Source: Somniosus microcephalus (Eukaryota). Taken from it: a stretch of 64,000 bases of DNA. The notes under the pieces are model-generated. The model saw nothing but the letters and a program-made list of their open reading frames with translations. It ran no database searches and had not been told where the DNA came from. Position numbers and translations under genes: made by a program. The stretch lies in the NCBI GenBank assembly GCA_052327205.1, contig CM126219.1:63178001-63242000 (forward strand). The letters are read 5' to 3'. Of this stretch, positions 24,701 through 39,700 are shown in pieces (positions within the stretch are counted from its first letter, which is position 1; every line of letters begins with the position of its first letter).

Positions 24701-27700
24701 CCAGCTACAATTGGATAGGTATGACTGGAACATAGGGAAGGCAGTCCCACTGAGCTGGACAATGGAAGAGTGGTGTTGGAGGATGGTGTGGTCGATTGTG
24801 TCAAAGGCTTTAGCGATCGTTAAGGAGGAGAAGGGATAATGCACCAGTCAGAGAATGTCATTTGTGAAATTGGTTAGAGTTGTATGGTACTGCAGGAGGG
24901 GTGGAAAACTAATGGGAAAAATTTTAAGTGAGTTGTGGGAGAGATGGGCATAGATTTGGAGATGACAACACATTCAAGGACTTTGGAAGAAAGGGAGGTT
25001 GAAAATGGGGTGGTAGTTTGCAAGGACAGAGGAATCGAGGGTGGGTTTTTGAGATGGGTAGTTTTGAGAGAGAGGGAGATGGTAGCTGAAGAAAGGGAAC
25101 AATTTACAATGTCAGCTAGCATGGGGACTAAGAAGGTAAGTTGGGTGATCAGCATTTCTTGAAGAATGGGACAAAGAGAGAAGGTGGGGAATCTCATCGA
25201 TGAAATGATCTGAGAGGGGGCATAGGGAAGATAAGAGAAAAACTAGATAAAGACGGGGAAGCAGCAGATGCAGCAAAATGGATGGTCTCTATATTAGTGA
25301 CAAATAGTCCATGAGTTCCTTGCACTTAATGTTAGAGGTAAGACTGGAGTGGTCACTGGAGAGGGTTTTAAGGACATGGCTGGTCATGGAGAAACGCAGC
25401 TGGGGGTTATCTTTGTTTTTCAGGTTGATTCTAGAGTTAAAGAATAGCTTTAGCACAGATGAGTAAGGCCCAGCAGAGCTTGATATGGTCCAGTCAAATC
25501 TGGTGATGGATGAGTATGCCAGTTGTGCACCAGATACACTCAAATCTACACATATTGGATTTCAAAGAGTGAGGATGCAGGCTATACCAGGGGGAATAAC
25601 CAGGGAGTGAGGCAGTGAAGGTTTTACTAGGAAAAAGGGCAGAGGTAGAGGTGGGGGAGTGTTTAAACAAACTGATGCCTAGAGGCATTTTGGCAAATGG
25701 AGGGCCAAAGGTTTAGGTAGTTTGGAGTTTTATACAGCAGCTGTGACTTGGGGAAGCTTTTATTTAGCAGGGCCAAACGCAGAAGGATGTTGGAAGCAGG
25801 GAGGGGTATGTAGCTGGACACAAGGATACAATGAAGTGGTCCAAGGTGCTCTTGTCGATGATCAAGACCACAGGAGTAGTGAGGTAACGGGTGATGGCAA
25901 GTCTAGGGGGTAGCCAGGAATATAGTAGGGTACTTTATACAGAAGAGGTTTATGGAAGGTAAGAGGGTGGTGATTTCAAAGATTATTATTTATATATATT
26001 GATATATATTTTTTTATTCGTTCATGGGATGTAGGCATTGCTGGCAAGGCCAGCATTTATTGCCCATCCCCAGTTGCCCTCGAGAAGGTGGTGGTGAGCC
26101 GCTGCAGTCCGTGTGGTGAAGATACACCCACAGTGCTGTTAGGGAGGTAGTTCCACGATTTTGACCCAGCGACGATGCAGGAATGGCAATATACTTTGAA
26201 GTCAGGATGGTGTGTGACTTGGAGGGGAACTTGGAGGTGGTGGTGTTTCCATTCGCCTGCTGCCCTTGTCCTTCTAGGTGGAAGAGGTCGCAGGTTTGGG
26301 AGGTGCTGCTGAAGAAGCCTTGGCGAGTTGCTGCAGTGCATCTTGTAGATGGTACACACTGCAGCCACGGTACGCCAGTGGTGGAGGGAGTGAATGTTGA
26401 AGGTGATGGATGGGGTGCCAATCAAGCGGGCTGCTTTGGATGGTGTCGAGCTTCTTGAGTGTTGTTGGAGCTGCACTCATCCAGGCAAGTGGAGAGTATT
26501 CCATCACATTCCTTACTTGTGTCTCGTAGATGGTGGAAAGGCTTTGGGGAGTCAGGTGGTGAGACACTCACCGCAGAATACCCAGCCTCTGACCTGCGCT
26601 GAGGAACTCCTGCAGCGATGTCGGGGCTGTGATGATTAACCTCCAACCACCACAACCATCTTCCTTTGCGCTCGGTATGACTCCAGCCAGTGGAGAGTTT
26701 CCCCCCTGATTCTCATTGACTTCTGTTTTACTCGGGCTCCTTGATGCCAGACTCGGTCTCCTTGATGCCAGACTCGGTCAAATGCTGCCTTGATGTCAAG
26801 GGCAGTCACTCTCACCTCACCTCTGGAATTCAGCTCTTTTGTCCATGTTTGGACCAAGGCTGTAATGAGGTCTGCAGCAGAGTAGTCCAGGCAGAACCCA
26901 GACTGAGCATCAGTGAGCAGGTTATTTGTGAGTAAGTGCTGCTTGATAGCTCTGTCGACGACACCTTCCATCACTCGGCTGATGATTGAGAGTAGACTGA
27001 TGGGGCGCTAATTGACGGGATTGGATTTGTCCTGCTTTTTGTGGACAGGACATAGCTGGGCAGTTTCCCACATTGTTGAATAGATGCCAGTGTTATAGCT
27101 GTACTGGAACAGCTGGGCTAGAGGCACGGCTAGTTCTGGAGCACAAGTCTTCAGCACGACAGTCGAGATGTTTTTGAGGCCCATAGCCTTGGCTGTACCC
27201 AGTGCGCCCAACCGTTTCTTGATATCACGTGGAGTGCATCGAATTGGCTGAAGACTGGCTTCTGTGGCGGTGGGGACCTCAGGAGGAGGCCAATATGGAT
27301 CATCCACTCGGCACTTCTGGCTGAAGATGGTTGCAAGCGCTTTAACATTGTCTTTTGCACTCACATGCTGGGCTCCACCATTATTGAGGATGGGGATATT
27401 CATGGAGCTTCCTCCTCCCGTTAGTTGTCCACCACCATTCACAACTAGATGTGGCAGGACTGCAGAGCTTTGATCTGATCCGCTGATTCTGGGATCGCTT
27501 AGCTCTGTCTATAGCATGCTGCTTCCGCTTTTTAGTATGCACACAGTCCTGTGTTGCAGCTTCCCCAGGTTGGCACCGCATTTTTAGGTATGCCTGGTGC
27601 TGCTCCTGGCATGCTCTTCTACACTCCTTATTGAACCAGGGTTGATCCCCTGGCTTGATGGTAATAATAGTGAGGGATATGCCAAGCCATGAGGTTACAG

Positions 27701-30700
27701 ATTGTGCTGGAATACAATTCTGCTGCTGCTGATGGCCCACTACGTCTCATTAATGCCCAGTTTTGAGCTGCTAGATCTGTTCTGAATCTATCCCATTTAG
27801 CACATTGGTAGTGCCACACAACACGCTGGAGGGTGTCCTCAGTGTGAAGACGGGACTTCGTCTCTACAATGACTGTGCGGTGGTCACTGCTACCAATGCT
27901 GTCATGGACAGATGCATCTGCGACAGGTAGATTGGTGAGGACGAGGTCAAGTAGGTTTTTCCCTCGTGTTGGTTCTCACCATCTGTCGCAGGCATAGACT
28001 GGCAGCTATGTCCTTCAGGACTCGGCCAGCTCGGTCAGTAGTGGTGCTGCTGAGCCACTCTTGGTGATGGACATTGAAGTCCCCCATCCAGAGTACATTC
28101 TGTGCCCTTGCTACTCAGTGCTTCTTCCAAGTGGAGGTGTACTGATTCATCAGCTGGGGGGGGGGGGGGGGGGGTGGAGGTGGTAATCAGCAGGAGGTTT
28201 CCTGGGCCATGCTTGACCTGGAGCCATGAAACTTCATGTAGTCAAATGTTGAGGACTCCCAGGGCCACTCCTTCCCAACTGTATACCACTGTGCCGCCAC
28301 CCCTGGTGGCTCTGTCCTGACTGTGGGACAGGACATACCCAGGTATGGTGATGAGGAGTTTGGAACATTGGCTGAAAGGTATGATTCTGTGAGTATGACT
28401 ATGTCAGGCTGTTGCTTGACTAGTCTGTGGGACAGCTCTCCCAGTTTTGGCACAAGTCCCCAGATGTTGGTGAGGACTTTGTAGGGTTGGCTGGGCTGGG
28501 TGTATCGTTGTCGTGTCCGTAGCCAGTGCAGAGGTCGATGCCGGGTGGTCCGTCCGGTTTTATTCGTACTGTTTTTCGTAGTGGTTTTGTTTTTTTTTAC
28601 AACTGACTGGCTTGCTAGACCACTTCAGAGGGCAGTTAAGAGTCAATCACATTGCTGTGGGTCTGGAGTCACATATAAGCCAGACCAGGAAAGGACAGCA
28701 GATTTTTTTCCCTAAAGGACATTAGTGAACCAGGTGGGTTTTTACGACAATCCGATAGTTTCATGGTCACAGTTACTGATACTAGCTTTTTATTCCAGAT
28801 TTATTTAATATAGTGCCTTCCATTACCTCAGGATATCCCTAATTCAGAGGAGAGATGAAGATTGAAAACACCGAGGGAGAGTTGTTGCCCAGTGCAGAGG
28901 CTGAGATATGAAAAGCAGGATAACGTGGAAAGAATGGGCTTTTGGGGGGGGGGGGCGGTGGCAGTAGACAATCCGGGTTGTGACATGGTGATGAGGGCCA
29001 TGCCACCACTGTGGTGATTTGAGCAGGGCAGGTGATAGAAATTATAGCTAAGTGGGAAGGCTCTGGTAAGGAGCTAGGTGTTGCTGCCCGTGAGCCAAGT
29101 ATCAAAGCTAGGACGTTAATGTAATTATTCTCAATATTGTTGTGGATGGAAAGTTTATATTAGCAGGTACAATACCACAAGCATGTTGCCAGCACATCAT
29201 CAATGTAAAACCACCTTAAGGAAGATACAGTTCAGTGGTGCAGTTTTGAGTTTAGGCTATAGAGACTTTTAATAAAGATTAAATTGCAACTGATCATCTA
29301 TTAAAACACAGACTGGTTCTACTTGAATAATTAACGATGTGGTTATTGTGGCTATACACAGCTACACCAAATTCTCCTTAATTACCACAGAATCATAATA
29401 CGCCTTGCATACCCCCTACCAGGGTGATTAAACACCTCAGAATCCAGGCACTGAGGGTGGATGTATAAGCAGGTCTACAAATCTAGGCACTGAGGGTGGA
29501 TGTGTAAACAGATATCAGAATCTAGGCACTGAGGGTGGGTGTGTAAACAGATATCAGAATCTAGGCATGAGAGGGTGGATGTGTAAACAGATCTCAGAAT
29601 CTAGGCACTGAGGGTGGATGTGTAAATAGATATCAGAATCTAGGCATGAGGGGGTGGATGTGTAAACAGATCTCAGAATCTAGGCACTGAGGGTGGGTGT
29701 GTAAACAGATCTCAGAATCTAGGCACTGAGGGTGGATGTGTAAACAGATCTCAGAATCTAGGCACTGAGGGTGGGTGTGTAAACAGATCTCAGAATCTAG
29801 GCACTGAGGGTGGATGTGTAAACAGATATCAGAATCTAGGCACTGAGGGTGGATGTGTAAACAGATATCAGAATCTAGGCACTGAGGGTGGATGTGTAAA
29901 CAGATATCAGAATCTAGGCACTGAGGGTGGATGTGTAAACAGATATCAGAATCTAGGCACTGAGGGTGGGTGTGTAAACAGATCTCAGAATCTAGGCACT
30001 GAGGGTGGATGTGTAAACAGATCTCAGAATCTATGCACTGAGGGTGGATGTGTAAACAGATCTCAGAATCTAGGCATGAGGGGGTGGATGTGTAAACAGA
30101 TATCAGAATCTAGGCATGAGAGGGTGGATGTGTAAACAGATATCAGAATCTAGGCATGAGAGGGTGGATGTGTAAACAGATATCAGAATCTAGGCATGAG
30201 GGGGTGGATGTGTAAACAGATATCAGAATCTAGGCATGAGGGGGTGGATGTGTAAACAGATATCAGAATCTAGGCATGAGGGGGTGGATGTGTAAACAGG
30301 TATCAGAATCTAGGCACTGAGGGTGGATGTGTAAATAGATATCAGAATCTAGGCACTGAGGGTGGATGTGTAAACAGATATCAGAATCTAGGCACTGAGG
30401 GTGGATGTGTAAACAGATATCAGAATCTAGGCACTGAGGGTGGGTGTGTAAACAGATATCAGAATCTAGGCACTGAGGGTGGGTGTGTAAACAGATATCA
30501 GAATCTAGGCACTGAGGGTGGATGTGTAAACAGATATCAGAATCTAGGCATGAGAGGGTGGATGTGTAAGCAGGTGTCATGAGCTAGGCACTGAGGGTGG
30601 TAGCCAATGCAGAAGCATCTCCTTACTAAACCAGTGCACCCCTGTCTGGAGTTAAATGAGGAAAATAAAACATTTATGTCGAGCCACTACCTGTACAAAG

Positions 30701-33700
30701 TAGGTCTGGCACAAGGGGGTCACGCTAATTGCTTTCATATCATGTTCACTTTGCAATAACTCTTTTAATGTAAAAGGTATTAAAATGTAGAAGCATTTCA
30801 GAAACCGGACACGGCTCCAAACCAGAGGCACTTACGGAGGAAGGAACAGGTTCTTGGAATGCGATGCTCATTTCATGACAATACAGATATAACAGGAGAC
30901 GTTCACACTTCTAAAAATAAAATGAAAAAAAAAGTTAATAAAGCTGAGCTCTATACTGGTCTACACATCATGCAACAGGTTGAGATACAATAGGATACTC
31001 AGTTTGCATTTGAAATATTTAATAAATCTGATTGAATATTTCGAATCTAAAATTTGAGATATGAAAACAAAAGAACATTAAGAAATAGGAGGAGTAGGCC
31101 ATACAGCTCCTCGAGCCTGCTCCACCATTCAATAAGATCATGGCTGGTTTTCTACCTCAACTTCACTTTCCTGTCCTATCCCCATATCCCTTGATTCCCA
31201 TGTTTACAGGGTATTGAGATCTGCGTGGAACAAAACTTCAGGATGAGAAACAGTCACTTGGCCCACTGACGCATATCACTCTAGAACCCCCAACTCTCCA
31301 ATGGTAGCATCCAACTGCATTTTCAACATCCCTGCTCTAAACTAATTGGCAGATTATTCCAAACATTTATCAGTAAATAAAGTAGTTCTTATAATACCCA
31401 TTTTTAACTTGCTTTGCATTAATTTAAATTATCTGGTCTGACTTTCTTTAAAATAATATTCCGGCGCGTTACCCTTATCGTACCATTTAGTGCTCGATAT
31501 ACTTCTGAGGTCCTCCCTTAACCACTTTCTTTCAGGACTGCAGTTTCAGCTGCTCTAACCGTTCCGCATAGTACAACCTCCATTACACTTAGATTTAGCC
31601 TGGTTGCATTTCTCTATATCCTTTTCAATGCCTGTAAACTTTGTAGCATGGTGACCAGTACTAAAACACAGCACTCCAAGTGTGATGTTAGTGATGCTTG
31701 TAAAGTCTCAGCATAATTTCTAGACTTGTACTCTACTATTCTGACCAGTCTTACATTTGCTTTCTTTAACTGCTTAAACACATACACAGACATTGAAAAT
31801 GGCAAGGCCATTCTTCAGGTCCCCTAGGACGCTGCCTGCAATGACTCTATTCAATTCATTATATACTTATGCCAATTTTTTTCAACCAATGTGCAACTAC
31901 CTATATTTCTCATTGGTATGTTTTATTTCCAAATTAACTACCCAATTTCATAAGTGCTCCAAATCCTTTTGCAAAGCTTTAGCAGCAGCATCTGTCTCCA
32001 CTATGCTCTCTAATTTAGAGTCAGAACATTGCAAAAAGCTTCTATTTGGTTTTCGTATTAGGGTCTGATGTAGGTTACAAACAACAGGGTCTGAACACTA
32101 ACTCCTGAGGTTTTTTAAGCAGGTTCTTATCCAGTCCCATATTCTACTCAAGATTCCTGTTTAATTAGAAATCCTTCACAAGAAACTTTCGTCAGAGGAT
32201 TTCTAAAAGTCCAAATGAACAATCATAGTTAATCTCATCACCTGTATTCATTGCCTATCCAGCACCATATTGCTGCAACATAAATTGTAGTTGGAATAAG
32301 GAAGAAATGAGAAACAGTTCTACCATTTTTTTTTTTTTTTTTTAAAGTGTAAACCTTTCTTCATGAATAAATGGAGCTCACCCTTTGGTCAACTGGGGCC
32401 AAGCTTGGGCCAGTTTTTCCCTTCTTTATATGATGCAGATTGTCACAGTCATACTCGACTTCTGGTTTGGACAGGTCCCGGCAAAATGTGCAGATCCACT
32501 CCCCACTTAAATAGGAAAAAAAGTCAAAATGGCCTTTTATCGTTAAATGTTCTGGGCAAATTGGAAATGTGCATATCAATAGCTGTGTAATAGAGATCAC
32601 TGCAATATCTTCCACCTTCACTAAACAGCCTAACTAATCCACAGGTTCAAAAGTTAGTAGTCCTTTACTGTGCAGGGCCGAGTTATTCAGCAACTGTTTT
32701 AATTTCATTTAGTTTCAATTTTTAACCCTGTATAGTTCTGGTTTCATTTCCCCACCACCCCCCCCCCCCGATAGCTCTCCGCATGTTTTTCATTTCTGTA
32801 TTTTTATTTTCCCTCTTCTGTATTTTCTTTAGACTTCTCATTTTGTTTCACTTCTTACTTTTGGTCCGCATTTTTACTTCTCCTTTCTTTGTACTTCCTC
32901 TTTGACATCCTTGCTTAATATTTTGCTATTACTTCTCCAACTGCCTTTTGAACTTTGGAAAATGTGTAATGTATGTGCACAGCACACTTGTGTCCATAAA
33001 AAGGTTTAACAGCATTGTGGTAAGGAAACTAAACCAATGTCGATCGAGCACATGGGCCTGGGGTCAGTTTCTGTACTGGTTTTATACATTAGTAGAGTTG
33101 TTATAAAAACATACATCACTGATTAAGACCTGGGGATTACCTCGAATATTATCGAGTAAATAAAACATTTTTAAAGCAAGTTTTTACAGAATTTGAAAAG
33201 TACAGGAAACTTTCGTTTAACCGGAGGTTAAAAGTCCGGAAAGCTCTATCTACCGGCAAAATTCAGGAGCTGTTTTCTATAAGTTTTTTTACTTCTCGTT
33301 GCTTTTTTTCCCCCCCAGTCAGGCTCTGCAAGGTCTGTAGCTAAGCAACAGCTTCAGCTAGACGCTTGCAGCTGCAGCCGACTGTTTTGACATGGTTTGT
33401 TGATTCAAACGGAGCTGAAAACCTCCGTATGTTTTAACATTAGCGCTGGTTTATACAGCAGTTTTGATCTAACGGCACCAGCTCGGTCCCGTCAGTGCCG
33501 GATACCAGAACGTTTCCTGTACATGCTTTCTTGTATTATGATGCATTACACGGTCTTTCCCGATGCAGGCAATGAGCTCTGGACAGGGTGTTGTATGTCT
33601 ACATATCAAGGGCTGACAGGGTTTTTCCTTGGTTGAGGAGGCTTGAATCAGGGGAAGAGGGTGGGATACAGGCTCATTGAGGGAGCAGAAGCAGTGTGTA

Positions 33701-36700
33701 TGCTCTCTCAGGGCGCTAGCATTTAATTAGTGGCAGATTGTTTACACATTTGCCATTCTGCTCCTGTTTAAGGAGAAAAGGAAATTGCATTGAATAAAAC
33801 TGGCAATGCACTTACACCAGAGAAGTATATTTTAATGACAAAGGCCACCGACATGACATTCAGATACCCGGTTGTGTGCATCCAACACCAAATGTATTTG
33901 GGAGGTTTACATTCACCAAGAAGCACTTGGAATTTATTACAGACCCAGTATACCTTAATGCAACTTGCTGCTGATATTTAGAAGAGTGTGCAATGCAGTA
34001 AAATGCAAGTCTTTCTTTTTTATGATAATCCATTGTTCACTGTGCATTTGAGAAGAAATAAATCCTAAACTTGATGCTACTATCCCATGTTAAGGATGGC
34101 ACAGACTTACCTGGGAAAGTTGAGAAGTGTAGGTACATGACAAGCTAGGTGGAAAACCTTTGGACACTTATCACAACACAGTAGATCTCCTCCGTTCTGA
34201 CACACTGCACACCAGTCCTCATTGGGGTCATCATCCTTGTTGTTGCTGCTGTCCCCTCCAACTCGTGGCGAGCGATGCGTAAAGCTACGGATTGGGGATT
34301 TTCCATTAAAGGTATTACCCAATTGCCTACAGCTTCCTGTCCTGTCGGAGGGTTCCATCTTTACGTGATTTTCTACATTCCGAAGCCCCTCTATGTCGGT
34401 CTCGCTCTCGGAGTGCAAGTTGTTGGAAATGGGTGGTGTCAAGCTGCTTTCAGGACTGCTCATCTAAATTTGAAGGAAGTTTGTATGTGGATTATTCAGT
34501 GGTCAATATTTCAAGCAAACTTTATGAAATCTTAATTCCTCTTGCACCCCGTGCCCAAGTTGAGGTCTCCGCAGCTCACACACTATTCCCTGTCCAAGGG
34601 TGCAGGAAGCAAAGCTGTTCCCAGGCCTGTTTCGGCCATTCTTGAGATGGCCACTGAGAAGTCAGAGTCTGTCCCAGGTGACACTCTGCTTCTAATTCCC
34701 CTTGCTCCTTGTAGGGAAGCACCTGGGTCTCTGTCTTGCACCACTTCCCACCAGAAGTCCCCACATGGGGAATCACAGTTGAAAATATTGTACTTCAGTT
34801 TTTTTTTTTTTTTTTATATAAAGTGCTCAAAAACATTGCAGTATCTCCTTAGTATCATAGCAAAAGCTGAAATAACACTCAATTGCTTTCAAAACTGCAG
34901 GCTTTGTTCTTCCACCTTGTACAGCTCCAAAAATACGATTCAGATTATTAAAATGTTGCTCTTTCAGGATGTAAAATATACCCTCAAACATGAACACCTC
35001 CCCCCAGTCCACCAATTTTAATCCAAATATCTAAATTCTGAAAACCATCTTCAGTTTCCTTTATCTTTAAAAGATGATTAAGCCCTAACTAACACTGTAT
35101 AAGCACAATCAGTAAGTCATCTACAACACCCAAGGCTCAATGTTACACTTTCATTTCGCTCCACTTTGAACCCATCTCCGTTTCTGTGGGAATTTCTAGC
35201 TTTTGTGCACAACTCGCGTGTAAACAAAAAGGAGACCTAGGAAATATTCATTTTTGTGCTTCGGAAACTAAATTCTCTTTGTGGATGGTTCTCAATGTGG
35301 AAAGCAATCGGAATGAAATCAATCCTGAAAGTACAGTCCTCTGTTATACAGAACATAGGCCAAGGAGTACGTTACAAGGCTGTAACGCAATCAGTGGAGT
35401 TCAGATTACATTTCAAATGATGCAAGGAACACCCGAGCAGGTTGTATACATCAACTGAACCTTTCTGATTGTATTAAGTCTTATAATACACTTCTCCTTT
35501 AGATTCCTTTGCACGGTTACTGTTCAATTGTAATTTTCAGAACCGTCGACTTACTGGCTGCAGTTGTGTTGTCAACTTGCAACAAAATCACAGCAGGGAG
35601 AAGAGTTATGCAAGGTTTGTGACAAAAGGAGTCTCAATGACGTGTATATATATCTATATATATATGCAGTGTATAACTGCTATATGTGCAGTGTAAATGA
35701 GGCAGTAAGAGGGGAACTGAGTCGGAGAATGTATCCAGCTGATTGTGGTAGATTCAAATCAGTCAACAGCTCCATTACACTTGGAGCCAAAAATACCGAT
35801 TACCAGTGACACACTATGCCAGAGCTCATCAACCCTATACTTTATTCAGTTCACTCTACTTCTCCGAGTAACACAATCCTCCATATTAGTTGCCAGCTAG
35901 TACTACAATGAAATATACACCACCACCTATCTGAAAATACCAAGGATGCTCAATATCTTTACTGACAGGAACAGCAACAAATGCTGCCAAGAGCTGCTTT
36001 ACAAATTCACTTTCCTTTTTCAAGATTCAAAATTAGAGAAATGTTTAAACTGCAAATGGGTTTCTGCTCTACTTTATTGTTACCAATACACTGCTGACAT
36101 GGTCATAGATTGCACTAATTAAGTACAGGAAACTTTCGATTTACCGGCACCTAAATAACCGGAAATCTCGGTTAACCGGCAAAATTCAGGAGTAGGTTTT
36201 ACTTCATATTCTATTTGCCTTCCTCCGTCTGTTGCTGTGCAAGGGTGTGGCTGCAGCTGTTGCTAAGCTACACAGAGACGCTTGGAACTTGTGGCCATTG
36301 TTCTACACTTGTTGCTAAGCAACAGGGTTTGTTGCTTTATACGGAGCTGTCAGCTCTCCCTATCTTTTACTATAGCGTTCGGTTATCCGGAATTTTTGAT
36401 GAACCGGCACCACGTTGGTCCCGTCCGTGCCGGATAAGAAAAAGTTTCCTGTAGTATGAACAAAAAATATGCTTATTTTAAGTCGCTGCCCAAATTATCC
36501 ACCAACCTTGCTACTCAAGCAAAGGACTGCGACCAAAAAATACACCAGATTGTTTGATTAAACCACAAGTACTTCAGATTTACCATGCAAGCACTTCGCC
36601 GGCCATCTTCCAAATGCTCATGTTTTACAGAAGCACCAGAGAAACTGCACACGTCATCCTCCATGCCCGGCTCTTGCTTCACTTTGACCTGATCTGGTCG

Positions 36701-39700
36701 GAAGACTGAAATCCCCCTCTCTGTACCATGAGCTCTACCAGAGGAGCTACAGCTGCAAGGAAACATTTACAATCAGAAGTGCTCAGGTTCATTGTAACCA
36801 CATCACAGAACTGTAAATTCACAGATTTATGAAACTGCACACTTTAAAATGAATAACGCATAATGCACAATAATATTATGGCTGTCACCGAGCTCTTGAA
36901 CTATATTTAAATTGAATTGCATTAAATTGAAATCTGGACAATTCAAACTGAAAGTCTTTGTGTTTACACTCTTCTCTGCCTTGATCAGATCCAAATTAGA
37001 ATGTCAGGTAGTAATAAATTACCCTGCCTCAAGTGAGTCCATGGACATCTTTTGTTTGCTGGCTGTAATGGTTCTACATGAAATCTCAATCCAACTACAT
37101 AGACATAGAAGCACAGTCCCATTCCGCAACTGCCGCTCCCCCCCCCCCACCAGAAATAAAATCAGCCCCATGTGAAATTAGCAATCTCACTTAGAGAAGT
37201 CAATAGTTGGCTGGCGTGGGAAGTAGACAAAAGGGAATGCTTTGAGAGATTGGGCTGAAGCACAATATTGGGAAAAAGCAGGAGGCAGCTTTACTCTGCA
37301 CTTAAATGCTCTATATGCGACCTAGGTGCACTCAATGAACACACTGGGTACTCAAAATGAAAAATATTTCATTCTCCAGCATAACATCTCACCCGAAGCA
37401 CAAAAACACACTAAATAAATACCATTAATTTACCGGTCAAGAGCATACAATTTTACAATACTAATTCTATCTTACACCCAGAAATACATGTTCGATTGCA
37501 TTAGTATAATGCAACAGCATGTAGTGTTAACTTGAAGTAATGAGAAATAGCCACAAAGACCAATAGTGATCTTTTTTCTGTTACTTAGCTCAGACTGGCT
37601 TTGCTACAGTGGGAAATAACTTTCACTAATGCTAGCTACAGATGAATAGCGCATATTCCTATTACCATCCCACCAAAATAAACTGCATTCCGCTTCTAAC
37701 GTTTCCAATCGCCATTCCTTTAAAGCTGGTCCAATATCCTGCATTTCCCTACTGAACACCACTGTGGGAGCCCCATCACCACAAGGACTGCAGCAATAAA
37801 GACAACGCACCATCACCTTCCCAGCGCAACTAGGAATGGGCCTTAAATGCTGTCGTCCACATCCAGAGATCAAATCAAATAATTTTATAAATTGCTACTG
37901 TGTTTGCCATACAACAATGACTGCACTTCAAAAAGTAATTCTTTGCTTTGGGACACCCTGATGACCCCAGCTCCAAAGAGATGCAAGTTCCTTTTTATTT
38001 GAAATAGCAGAACACAGGATGACACAGCAGGCACATCCATGTTGCATTTTTACTGCAGAGACCCCATTTATGAAAGTATGCATCTCAATAGCAAGAGAAA
38101 TTGGATCAAGTTCAGTGGAAATCCACAAAATGTCTTAAAGTAGAAGTGGCTGATCAAGTGGTGCTTTATTAACTGTTCCCAAATTCTAGGACACAGGCTG
38201 ATTTTTGAAGGCGGCCCCAGAGTACCCCTGGGATTTTATTAGTTCCAGTCCTACAGATTGAAAGGGGAAGAGGAAAAAGAAACACAGGGCTTTGAAGATC
38301 TGTAGTTAGAATAGGAATCTTAGGAAAAGTGTATTTTACAGTACTCGATTAGAAACATTTTGTAGGCTGCTGTTATACTACATGTACCAGTGTCTGTGCA
38401 GTGCAACCAACGCACAACTGGTTGCACCTCACTGCTCGTCATACACAGATCAGCAACAAAGGAGTACCGGGCATGCTCCTGGATTGTTCATTTTTAATCA
38501 TTCGATCATAAGGACAGCAGCACCTACTTTCTTATAAAGTGAAAAAAAATTCAAACATAAAACTTTAAAAGTTTCCCAGGAGATCCAATGCATTTCTGGG
38601 CAGTTTTCAAATGTTGCTTTACACATACACTACACTTGGTGCTAGTCCCAAGCCATGCGAGGCAATATGATAAAAATGATCGAACTCCTGAGTTACACTG
38701 CAGCTTCCGCGTTGTTACACACTCAAAACAGCTTTACAACAGACTGGAAAAGCCAGTATAATTCCAGCCTAAATAAGCTTTGACAAGTTTTAAATTTTTT
38801 AAGTACTTACCTGCCTCTGCTACCAGTACTAGAGGTACTTGAGGGTCTGACTGGAGTGTGGGAGTTGGCCATTGCTAAGGCTGCAACTGAAAAAAAGATA
38901 TTATTAGATGTGTTGCCTAGGTTTGTCTGTATACACGAAGTGACTGACTGAAGCTACAATGTGCTGTATGCACAGCCAGTGGGGGGGGGGGGGGGGGAAA
39001 TCAGTGAATCTCGAATACCCATAACTTAGAAACTGGTGCAGTCTACTTCAGTCTCAAAACAAGATCTTTGCCCTAAAGGACAAATAGTTGAGGTGATTTT
39101 TCTGTGCCCCGTTTTATACAGCTCATAATGGCTGACCCTTTCAACATCCACAGTGTAAACTGCGCTCTTAGACACACAAGGTGCTGGGTAAAAGAAACAT
39201 CTTTTGAATCAAAACATTCAACCGAGTATGAAATTTGGATGAGGTTGAAAGACAGCACTATCATGCCATGCTAGACAGTGAAGATTACATGTGTGGATCT
39301 CAATGATCCATCTAGTCAAGTCAAATGCAAAGGACAAAGATAGCTTCAGGACAGTAGTTTTAAGTTTCTAGTAGTAGTGGTTCTGAAACAGAAGCAAGTT
39401 GTTATCAGTGCTCGATAATGACATCTAGCCAACTTCATGTGTCTGATCTGAAGTTATATAATGCACCAAACAGTAGACATTGCTTTTCAAGAAAGACTTG
39501 TACGATCCATCCACAAAAAGACTGAACTATCTTGGAGCGGAGGATAGAAATGCCATAACGTGAACCTAATGTTCAGTTCAAAAATGCAGACCATATCAAG
39601 TGGGTTTAAATTGGTGTTGAGGTGCCCTGCATTCCCCATGCAGCCAAGTTTAGAGATGGCCGTGGAGAATTGCTACCAGTTAGGAATTTGTGTCTAGCAC

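Noticed and set aside
26738-26780. 21-bp tandem duplication in the LINE RT (RVWHQGD x2)
   Set aside because: An ordinary slippage event in a dead element.
29438-30600. CRISPR array, or a coding repeat (ORF 30263-30580, [13 protein letters not shown] units)
   Set aside because: Units are head-to-tail with no unique spacers, there are no cas genes and the context is a eukaryotic intron; the ORF arises only because 39 is divisible by 3 and it breaks at the 40-bp units.
34542-35021. 159-aa plus-strand ORF and other antisense or intronic ORFs (e.g. 63163-63657, 5402-5791)
   Set aside because: No recognisable domains, starts are often non-ATG, and there is no splice or codon support.
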